Shown: positions 42,949 to 50,133 of the stretch, in pieces
Position numbering within the stretch: position 1 is the stretch's first letter
How the letters are laid out: the number at the start of each line of letters is the position of its first letter
Virus record (IMG/VR): IMGVR_UViG_3300038556_000041
Span: 1-50,133 of that record
DNA length: 50,133 nt
Origin: a virus
Lineage: Duplodnaviria; Caudoviricetes
Reading direction: 5' to 3' (one strand)
The notes under the pieces: model-generated
What the model was told of the DNA's origin: nothing
The model's database searches: none
The model's input: the letters and a program-made list of their open reading frames with translations, nothing else
Program-made: the position numbers and the translations under genes

Positions 42949-44036
42949 GCACCGTGCATCAGATCCAGACCGACCCGCACTTCGAGAGCGTCGGTCAAGC
43001 CGCAAACCGCGTGGTGGCGAACGCCGCCGCTGCCCGCAATGATCCGTACGCTTTCTGGCGCGCGGGGCTCGCCATGGGCAAGGGCCGGCAGTTGAGCCGC
43101 GAGCAGTCGAAGGAGCTCGGCATTACGTCCGAGCCGCAGGCGGGCTTCTATCGCAAGCGGAACAAGAACGGGCCGGATATCCCGGTCGCGATCTGGAAGG
43201 ACGAGCGCGGCATGCTGGCCGTGGCCGGCGGTCGTTCCGTCGATCCCGACGAGATCTGGACGTGGTGCTGCTCGTGGCCGATCGAAGAAGCAACCTATCG
43301 CGCCATCGACGAAGGCGGCACCTGGTCGGACGAGCCGCCGGTCGCGGAAGCCGTCATCGGCCACAACTCGAGCGACGATCCGCATGAGGCGCTGTCGATC
43401 GAGTTCGCCGGCGAGCGCGAACTTGCTGAGCAGTTCCTCAAAGAACCGGTGAAGACGCAGGATCAGGCTGACCGCGCAGCCGTTTGGTCGAAGAAGCTGG
43501 CGACGATCGCGAAGAAGGCGACCGATCTGCACAAGGTCGAGAAGCAGCCGAGCCTCGACGAGAGCCGGCGCATCGACGATCGCTGGCGCGACTTGAAGGA
43601 AGAGCCCAAGGCGCTGTCGACGAAGCTCAAGCGCGCCTGCGACGATTTCCTGAACGAGCAGGCCCGCATCGAGGCTGAACGCCAACGCAAGGCTCGCGAG
43701 GAAGCCGACCGCGCCCGCCGCGAAGCCGAGGAAGCCGCGCGCGCCGCGTCGGCCGATGACGAGGCGGCGAAGGCCGAGGCCGAACGCCTCCGGCGCGAAG
43801 CTGAGCAGGCTGAGCGGGATGCCCAGGCGCGTAATGCGCAGGCGGGCCGTACCGGCGCCAAGGTCGCGCTGCGCACCTTCGTCTCGGCGGAGATCACCGA
43901 TTACGACGCGCTGGTGATGGCGCTGAAAGACCGGTCGGAAGTTCGCGAGCTTGTTCAGTCGCTCGCGAACCGAGCTGCGAAGTCCGGCGTCTCGCTCGCC
44001 GGCATGAAGATCGTCGAAGAGAAGAGGGCCGCCTGA
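42945..44036 (+). CDS. Coiled-coil protein associated with the recombinase (DUF1351/Gam-like)
   Basis: Long charged coiled coil; directly upstream of the annealing protein. Confidence 0.6.
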   Translation: MSTVHQIQTDPHFESVGQAANRVVANAAAARNDPYAFWRAGLAMGKGRQLSREQSKELGITSEPQAGFYRKRNKNGPDIPVAIWKDERGMLAVAGGRSVDPDEIWTWCCSWPIEEATYRAIDEGGTWSDEPPVAEAVIGHNSSDDPHEALSIEFAGERELAEQFLKEPVKTQDQADRAAVWSKKLATIAKKATDLHKVEKQPSLDESRRIDDRWRDLKEEPKALSTKLKRACDDFLNEQARIEAERQRKAREEADRARREAEEAARAASADDEAAKAEAERLRREAEQAERDAQARNAQAGRTGAKVALRTFVSAEITDYDALVMALKDRSEVRELVQSLANRAAKSGVSLAGMKIVEEKRAA

Positions 44037-44929
44037 TGAACGCCGTCACAAAAACCGAGGCGGCACGGCCGTCGCTGATCGCCATGATGGCGTCCAAGCA
44101 CAACATGGACCCGGAGCAGTTCGCGAGGACCGTCCGCGCCACCGTCATGCCGGCGAACCATACGAACGAACAATTCGCTGCCCTGATGCTCGTCGCGCAG
44201 GAATACGACCTCAATCCGATCGTGAAGGAAATCTACGCCTTCCCGGCCAAGGGCGGCGGCATCGTGCCGATCGTCTCGATCGACGGCTGGATCAACCTCG
44301 TCAACTCGCACCCGCAAAGCGACGGGTTCGAATTCGAGTTCGAACACGACGAAGACAAGAAGCTCGTCTCCTGCACCTGCCGGATGTTCCGCAAGGATCG
44401 GAGCCGGCCCGTCGCGGTCACGGAATATCTTGCCGAGTGCAAGCGCAGCACCGATCCGTGGAAAATGGAACACCGTATGCTTCGCCACAAGGCGATGATC
44501 CAGGCCGCGCGTCTCGCCTTCGGCTTCTCCGGCGTCTATGACGACGATGAGGGCGCGAAGATCGCCGAGATGCGCGATGTGACCCCGGCAAGCCCGCCCT
44601 CACCTCCAAAGCCACCGGCGCCGCCCGCCGCGCAGATCGACCACGACGCGCAGACCGGCGAGATCATCGACGACGCCGAGATCGTGCGCGAGACGGGCGA
44701 AGCCACGTCGACGCTGACCGCGCGCGAGGATGACTTCGACGCGACGGCGTTTTTCGAAGAGCTGGAAGCCTCGCTCGGCGCCGAGACGACGGCCGAGGGC
44801 GTGGAAGAGCGCTGGGACGAGTTCGACCCGCTGGCAACGTTCGACGGCGACGAGACGAACCAGTCGATCGCGCTCGCCATCAAGAAGCGCCGCCTCAAGA
44901 CTATCGGAGGCGATCATGGGCAAGCATGA
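44036..44929 (+). CDS. bet: Single-strand annealing protein (Bet/RecT family)
   Basis: LNPIVKEIYAFP, IVSIDGW and RMLRHKAMIQAARLAFGFSG motifs. Confidence 0.88.
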   Translation: MNAVTKTEAARPSLIAMMASKHNMDPEQFARTVRATVMPANHTNEQFAALMLVAQEYDLNPIVKEIYAFPAKGGGIVPIVSIDGWINLVNSHPQSDGFEFEFEHDEDKKLVSCTCRMFRKDRSRPVAVTEYLAECKRSTDPWKMEHRMLRHKAMIQAARLAFGFSGVYDDDEGAKIAEMRDVTPASPPSPPKPPAPPAAQIDHDAQTGEIIDDAEIVRETGEATSTLTAREDDFDATAFFEELEASLGAETTAEGVEERWDEFDPLATFDGDETNQSIALAIKKRRLKTIGGDHGQA

Positions 44930-45737
44930 CGCTCCACTGTTCAAGATGATGATCGAGGGCGGCCGGCTCGTTCCGGCTACCGCGTTCGATGCCGAGCGCC
45001 TGGACAGCTATCGCCGCGGCACTCGCGTCAATGTCCGCTTCACCGAAGAGAAGGACCGCGTGCTCGTCCGCAAATGGTGGGCGGTGCTTGGTCTCGTCGT
45101 GAAGCAGTGCGACGTGCCGTGGACGAACAAGGAACAGGCCAGCGAGGCAATCAAGCTCGCGCTCGGCATCGTCAATCTGACGAAGACCGTCGGCGGCAAG
45201 TTCATGCAGTATCCGAAGAGCCTGACCGAGCTCGATGATCCTGAGCTGCAGGAGGCCGTCGACCAGATGATGGCACTCATCGAGCGGATGACCGGAATCG
45301 ATCCCGACACGCTGCGCAAGGAAGCAGCCGACGTCGGCGCCGATGATCGCGAAACATCGTCGGACGCCCCCTCGTCCGATGAGAACGGCAGCGGCGATCC
45401 CGCCCCCGACGCCGCTGCCGGCGAATCCTCCGACCAGGAGAGCGGCCAGAGCGAGGAGGCCGGTGACGACAATGCGCCGGCCGCCGAACCTGATCCGACA
45501 TGGCTTCCCGTCTTCGCCAAGGTCATGGTCGCATCGATCGGCCCCGACGAGGGCGATATCGTCCACGTGTCGAAGGGTCTGTTCAAGGAGGGCCTGACGG
45601 ATGACCAGCGCGCCCGCGCCCGCAAGATCGTCGATTACTGCCGGCAGGTCGCGCGGAAGGAGATCGAGCGGGACGACGCGGTCGATATCATCGCCGGGAT
45701 TGCCGGCGTCGAGGCGGGAGGGCTGGTCAATGGCTGA
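44916..45737 (+). CDS. Hypothetical recombination-region protein
   Basis: GGAGG RBS, ATG 44916; acidic linker. Confidence 0.65.
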   Translation: MGKHDAPLFKMMIEGGRLVPATAFDAERLDSYRRGTRVNVRFTEEKDRVLVRKWWAVLGLVVKQCDVPWTNKEQASEAIKLALGIVNLTKTVGGKFMQYPKSLTELDDPELQEAVDQMMALIERMTGIDPDTLRKEAADVGADDRETSSDAPSSDENGSGDPAPDAAAGESSDQESGQSEEAGDDNAPAAEPDPTWLPVFAKVMVASIGPDEGDIVHVSKGLFKEGLTDDQRARARKIVDYCRQVARKEIERDDAVDIIAGIAGVEAGGLVNG

Positions 45738-46419
45738 TCGCCCCATTCTGTTCAGTGGCCCGATGGTCCGCGCGCTCCTCGACGGCCGAAAGACGCAGAC
45801 GCGGCGCGTGGTGACGCCGCAGCCGTTCATCGACCGAATGGGCAACCTTTGCTCTCCAAGCAAGAGCGGTCGAACGACCTGCTGGGGTCAAGGCTTGGAT
45901 GGGCGTCCATACTGGCATCATTTCATGAACAAGTACGTTCGCTTCGCCGCCGGCGACCGCCTCTATGTTCGCGAGGCGTGGCGGACCGGCCTCGCCTATG
46001 AGGATATCTCGCCCGCTGCGATGGGGGGCGAAGAGCAGGTTCTGTTCGTAGCTGACGGCGGCACCGAGCGGTGGTCAAAGACCTCGTCAGAGGCCGGCCG
46101 ATTGCGACAAGGCATGCACATGCCACGATGGGCATCGCGGTTGACGCTGAACGTCACGGACGTGCGTGTGCAGCGGTTGCAGGACATCAGCGAGGTCGAT
46201 GCAATTGCGGAGGGCGTCGAATGCTGGAGCGAGCCGGGCCTTGTGTCTTGGCGCGTTGACGACGCCCTGTCCTTCGTGGGTGCGGTCGATGCGTACCGCC
46301 TGCTTTGGGACAGCCTCAACGCCGGTCGCGGCTACGGCTGGGAAGCGAACCCTTGGATCGTCGCCTACAGCTTCACCGTCCAGCACGGCAACATCGACCA
46401 GATCGGGAGGGCAGCATGA
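45730..46419 (+). CDS. ASCH/PUA-like phage protein
   Basis: RPILFSGPMVRALLDGRKTQTRR, GDRLYVRE, HMPRWASR and WEANPWI motifs. Confidence 0.8.
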   Translation: MADRPILFSGPMVRALLDGRKTQTRRVVTPQPFIDRMGNLCSPSKSGRTTCWGQGLDGRPYWHHFMNKYVRFAAGDRLYVREAWRTGLAYEDISPAAMGGEEQVLFVADGGTERWSKTSSEAGRLRQGMHMPRWASRLTLNVTDVRVQRLQDISEVDAIAEGVECWSEPGLVSWRVDDALSFVGAVDAYRLLWDSLNAGRGYGWEANPWIVAYSFTVQHGNIDQIGRAA

Positions 46420-46613
46420 CCCTCTCCCGCATCATCTCCGACATCGTATGGTGGTGGAATTGCCGTCATCCTCGATTGGCTCACGACCGGACATGGAGCC
46501 GCGCCGATCAGCTCGAGCGCGATGCTCGGCGGCGAGGCTGCACGCGCGACATCAGGCGCGCGCGGCTGGCGAAGCGGGAAGCCGTCACGGCTGCTCTGAA
46601 AGGCGGTGCGTGA
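46416..46613 (+). CDS. Hypothetical protein
   Basis: ATGA-coupled; GGAGG RBS. Confidence 0.6.
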   Translation: MTLSRIISDIVWWWNCRHPRLAHDRTWSRADQLERDARRRGCTRDIRRARLAKREAVTAALKGGA

Positions 46614-47047
46614 TGGGCTTCCGCATGCCTCGCCACGAAGAAGCCTTCTCGCGCCAGCCGACCGGCAAGGGCAGCAAGCGCGTCGAGAAGCCGGCCTATC
46701 TCGACTTCATTCGATCCCTGCCGTGCATCGTCACCCGCAAGGAGGGCGTCGAGGCCGCGCATGTGTCTTATGCTGAGCCGAGGGCGGGCAAGATGGGTCG
46801 CGGCAAGGGCGCCAAGGAAAGCGATTGCTGGGCGGTGCCTCTCTGCCCGGAAGAGCATCGCCGGCAGCACGGCATGGACGAGCGCGCCTATTGGGCTGCG
46901 GTCGGAATCGATCCCGTGCCTGTCGCGGCCTTCCTTCACGCCGCCTACCCCAGCCGGGAGCGGGCGCTTCTCATCATCAACAACATCGTGCGCGGATCGG
47001 CTTTCACGCCGCGCGCTGACGCTCGAACTGGGGAGATCGATCGATGA
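46613..47047 (+). CDS. DUF968-like HNH-fold protein
   Basis: YLDFIRSLPCIV...EAAHV...K..D.WAVPLC..HRRQH. Confidence 0.75.
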   Translation: MGFRMPRHEEAFSRQPTGKGSKRVEKPAYLDFIRSLPCIVTRKEGVEAAHVSYAEPRAGKMGRGKGAKESDCWAVPLCPEEHRRQHGMDERAYWAAVGIDPVPVAAFLHAAYPSRERALLIINNIVRGSAFTPRADARTGEIDR

Positions 47048-47451
47048 CCACCACGCCCGCCCTGAATGACGACTTGGTGCAGAGCGCGAGGAACCAACTC
47101 GCTCTCATTCACTCGCTCACCAACGATACGACCGAGGCTAATTGGGCCGACAAACGGCTGTACGTCATGCAGACGTGCGTGCGCCTCAGTGACGACTTGG
47201 CCGCGCTTGAAGCTCAATCCAAAGAGATAGAGGCGTTGAGAGCGGCGCTGGAGGACGGCGACAACGTTCACCTGAACATGCTGCGCGGCACTATCGCGAA
47301 ACCGTCTGTAGAGCAGATCGTGCACATTTACCCCGAAATTGCAGGCTGGCGAGACGCCCTCCGCCGATTGGTAAACCCCGCGCCCGGTGTCAGGGCGCTG
47401 CCCGCTTGGGTTTACGGCATCGTCAACGCAGCACTCAAGGAAGGAGCCTGA
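47044..47451 (+). CDS. Hypothetical protein
   Basis: ATGA-coupled. Confidence 0.6.
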   Translation: MTTTPALNDDLVQSARNQLALIHSLTNDTTEANWADKRLYVMQTCVRLSDDLAALEAQSKEIEALRAALEDGDNVHLNMLRGTIAKPSVEQIVHIYPEIAGWRDALRRLVNPAPGVRALPAWVYGIVNAALKEGA

Positions 47452-47452
47452 C

Positions 47453-48388
47453 ATGGACCCCGTCGAACAGGCGTGGGAAGCGCTGACACTGGATCGCAAG
47501 GCACTCGACGCTGCGATAATAGCAGTCGAGGAGCGGGGCTATGCACACTTTGGCGGAGAAATCGAAGCCGCCATTCGCGCATATCTCGCGTCCATCTCCC
47601 CCTCCACTCCCGTAGATGGGGTGGGGGCGGAACCGCTCGTGAAGCCGTTGGAGTGGCACGACACACGCGCCCCTACGCCCTTTGGGGATTACGCAGTTGA
47701 GCGTGATGAAGACCGGGAAATGGGAGAGTTTTCGTGGGTTTGTGCTGCACCCGATGATATTATCGGGCATTTTCCAACGTCCGTAACGGCCAAAGCCGCC
47801 GCCCAAGCCGACTACGAACGCCGCATCCTTTCCGCTCTCGCCTCTCCAGAAGCCGAAGCAAGGCTGCGGGAGCGGGTGGCGGAAGGAATGCGCACCTTTG
47901 CTTTGAGCGCCACGGTGTCAAAGTCCGTGCCGGGTGGCAGCGTGAATAGTTCGATGGTCGGTTATCGTCGTTGCAACACGGAAGACGAGGCGCGCGGCTC
48001 ATTCATCCGGTCTGTCGAGAAAGAGAAGCCCGACTTCTCAATCGACCAGTTGCTTTGCATCGAGATACCCGCCGAAGCACGGCTGCGGGGGCGGGTGTTC
48101 GATGAAGACCGGCTTGTGTTCATTCAAGCATGGGTCGGGAGGCTCGGCCTATATCCGACGCCGCGCGTAATTGAGGCCGTTCTAGCTGCCGCCGAAGCCC
48201 GTCTCGCACAAGCCGAGGGCGGGCCAGCGGTGACGGAGGCAATGGCCCTTCTCGACGTTCTCAAGATGCATAAGCGGGGTATTCTGCACAGCCTTTCCCG
48301 CCGCGAAACGGAAGAACTGCAAAGCGCGATGCACTCGCTCGAAGCCGCCCTCCATCCCCAATCGGCGGCAGGGGAGGAAGGGAAATGA
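47453..48388 (+). CDS. Mosaic hypothetical protein (VKPLEW...AKAAAQADYERRILSAL module)
   Basis: AAGGAG RBS; motif common in alphaproteobacterial phages; internal repeats. Confidence 0.65.
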   Translation: MDPVEQAWEALTLDRKALDAAIIAVEERGYAHFGGEIEAAIRAYLASISPSTPVDGVGAEPLVKPLEWHDTRAPTPFGDYAVERDEDREMGEFSWVCAAPDDIIGHFPTSVTAKAAAQADYERRILSALASPEAEARLRERVAEGMRTFALSATVSKSVPGGSVNSSMVGYRRCNTEDEARGSFIRSVEKEKPDFSIDQLLCIEIPAEARLRGRVFDEDRLVFIQAWVGRLGLYPTPRVIEAVLAAAEARLAQAEGGPAVTEAMALLDVLKMHKRGILHSLSRRETEELQSAMHSLEAALHPQSAAGEEGK

Positions 48389-48600
48389 GAGCGCGGGCAG
48401 GATGGAGCTACGGCCTCATGGCGGCAATGATCGCATCTGGTGCCGTCGCGCAAGTATCGACACTTTCAATGGAGGAACGATCGAAGCGCTGGCCGTCGCC
48501 CTGCAAGCGTGCGCCGAACGCCGCCGGCCCCGTCACGGATAGTACGAAGGAGAGCAAGCGCGCACGCCGCCGCCGTCTCGCGAAGGAGCGCCAGCCATGA
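48385..48600 (+). CDS. Hypothetical protein
   Basis: ATGA-coupled. Confidence 0.55.
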   Translation: MRARAGWSYGLMAAMIASGAVAQVSTLSMEERSKRWPSPCKRAPNAAGPVTDSTKESKRARRRRLAKERQP

Positions 48601-48899
48601 AGACGGCAAGGGAGATAATCGCTAGCCTGTATCCCGGCAGCAAGCTAGCCGAGGTCGAAGCTGCTGCCGACGCCATCCTCGCCGCTCTCGCTGCCGAGGG
48701 GTTCAGCATCGTGGAGACAGGACGCGACCCGGTGACGATTGAGGTGTGCGCACGACTGGCCGAGGGAATGGAGCCAGAACCTTTCATCGTGAAGGGTGGC
48801 CAGTCCGGTGACGAGATTAGCTTCGGAGAGCCCAACAAGCATCGGATAGCGGCATCCATCCGCTCCCTCTCCCGCTCTACAAGGGAGGGGAAGACGTGA
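48597..48899 (+). CDS. Hypothetical protein
   Basis: AAGGAG RBS; ATGA-coupled. Confidence 0.6.
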   Translation: MKTAREIIASLYPGSKLAEVEAAADAILAALAAEGFSIVETGRDPVTIEVCARLAEGMEPEPFIVKGGQSGDEISFGEPNKHRIAASIRSLSRSTREGKT

Positions 48900-49252
48900 C
48901 CGGCATTCTCGACCGCGCCATTTCCCCCGCCGAGGCTGTGGAAAGCCTGTTGAAACGCGGTGTGAAAATCTCCGAGCGCACCTTGCGCGAGAAGGCCCGC
49001 AAGATCGGTGCTTATCGTGAGCTCGGGCAGGCCATGTTCTTCCTGCCCGAAGACCTCGAAAAGATCATGGAGCCGAAAGCATGCTCACCCCGAAGCGGCG
49101 GCCGAAAAGCCCGTACTGGGTTCTCAGAGGAACGATCGACGGCAAGCGCGTCGAAATCAGCCGCAAATGGACAACGGCAGCCGACGCGCGCCGCGCAATC
49201 CCCGGCATCATCGCCGAGCATACGTCCGATGAAATTGGTGAGGGAGGGCTGA
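48896..49252 (+). CDS. xis: Putative excisionase (winged HTH) overlapping the integrase
   Basis: ISPAEAV...ISERTLREKARKIG...FFLPEDLEKIME; immediately upstream of int. Confidence 0.6.
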   Translation: MTGILDRAISPAEAVESLLKRGVKISERTLREKARKIGAYRELGQAMFFLPEDLEKIMEPKACSPRSGGRKARTGFSEERSTASASKSAANGQRQPTRAAQSPASSPSIRPMKLVREG

Positions 49253-50133
49253 CGTTCAGCCAGGCGAAGAAGCTCTACCTCGAGACCAAACCCGACGCGC
49301 GCTTTCTCGCGAATCTCGATCGCTTCTTTGCCGACAGCCTCGTCAGCGAAATCACCAACGCTGAGATGCGACGGGCCGCCAATGCGCTCTATCCCGGCGC
49401 CGCGCCGGCGACCGTTCGGCGCCAACTCTACACGCCCATGAAGGCGATCCTGAACCACGCCGCCGAAGAGGATCTGTGCCCTGCCCCGCGGCTGAAGTCG
49501 CCATCGGGCGGCAACAAGCGCACGGTCTTCTTCATGCCAGAGCAGGCCGACGCAGTGATCCGCTCGATGCTGAAGGAGCAGAACGTCTATCTCGCCCCTC
49601 TGGTCACCTTCCTTCTCGGCCAGGGTTGCCGCATGGGCGAAGCGCTGACGATGGACGGCACTGACGTCTCGCTGGAAAACCGCATCGCCATCCTGCGCAA
49701 CACGAAGAACGGTGAAGAACGGCGGGTGACGCTGATCCCGCGCGTCATCGCCGCGCTGTCCATCCTGCCCACGATCGGGGAGCCCGGCCCGGTTTTCCGC
49801 CGCCTCGACGGCTGGCCGTTCAGGTCAGGCAAGGACAGCGGCGGGCAGATCAAGGCACCTTTCGAGCGCGCCGTGAAGGCTGCGGGGCTGGACGGGACGA
49901 AATACACGCCGCACGTCTGCCGCCATAGCTGGGCGACATGGTTCTATGCTCAGACGAACGATGTCCTGCGCCTTCAAGGTGAAGGCGGATGGAAGTCGAA
50001 CGAGTGGCAGAGATACACCAAGCTCGGGACCCCTGATCTGGGGGAAAGCGCCCGGCGCGCGAACTGGAATTTCCAGTCTGTGGGGGAAAAATGGGGGAAA
50101 GAAGAGGCCAGCCCAAGCGCCGCAACAGGTTGA
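49081..50133 (+). CDS. int: Tyrosine integrase
   Basis: GCRMGE (R), TKNG (K), HVCRH (HxxR), GGWKS, QRY (catalytic Tyr). Confidence 0.95.
   Translation: MLTPKRRPKSPYWVLRGTIDGKRVEISRKWTTAADARRAIPGIIAEHTSDEIGEGGLTFSQAKKLYLETKPDARFLANLDRFFADSLVSEITNAEMRRAANALYPGAAPATVRRQLYTPMKAILNHAAEEDLCPAPRLKSPSGGNKRTVFFMPEQADAVIRSMLKEQNVYLAPLVTFLLGQGCRMGEALTMDGTDVSLENRIAILRNTKNGEERRVTLIPRVIAALSILPTIGEPGPVFRRLDGWPFRSGKDSGGQIKAPFERAVKAAGLDGTKYTPHVCRHSWATWFYAQTNDVLRLQGEGGWKSNEWQRYTKLGTPDLGESARRANWNFQSVGEKWGKEEASPSAATG
50039..50100 (+). repeat. Three direct repeats of TGGGGGAAA, candidate integrase arm-type sites
   Basis: Copies at 50039-50047, 50081-50089 and 50092-50100 in the int 3' end. Confidence 0.45.

Larger units (their letters stand above)
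1..50133. mobile_element. Temperate prophage (siphovirus-like morphogenesis, lambdoid organisation); att sites not visible in the window
   Basis: Ordered modules for lysis, tail, head, packaging, replication, immunity, recombination and integration. Confidence 0.95.

Noticed and set aside
1-50133. tRNA, rRNA, IS elements and attL/attR core repeats
   Set aside because: None recognised by eye; the window begins and ends at CDS boundaries, so att sites are probably outside it.

Overview
The window is an essentially complete ~50 kb temperate siphovirus-type prophage. The host is inferred to be an alphaproteobacterium (Hyphomicrobiales-like), based on GAAC-N7-GAAC LexA boxes, gene families and high GC. 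Left to right: a secreted-nuclease gene and a LexA-boxed small-gene operon (1-1311); a minus-strand late operon (lysis cassette, O-antigen ligase/polymerase-like moron, beta-helix tailspike, tail with a G-GGT-TTT -1 frameshift chaperone and an inserted HNH gene, head, portal, terminase); an early/middle operon (late-regulator-like gene, divergent DnaB, RuvC-like resolvase, two DNA methyltransferases, cro); a lambda-like immunity region; a recombination/accessory operon (Bet/RecT-like); then xis and a tyrosine integrase ending at the window edge. The most notable region is the immunity interval, bounded by two operator clusters (GTCACC-N5-GGTGAC). It holds a double-HTH S24 repressor, a LexA-controlled Zn-ribbon gene antisense to the repressor, and a convergent TcmP methyltransferase-like / DUF5131 three-Cys (radical-SAM-like) pair at the position lambda uses for rexAB. 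All family assignments come from motif recognition by eye; no database searches were run.
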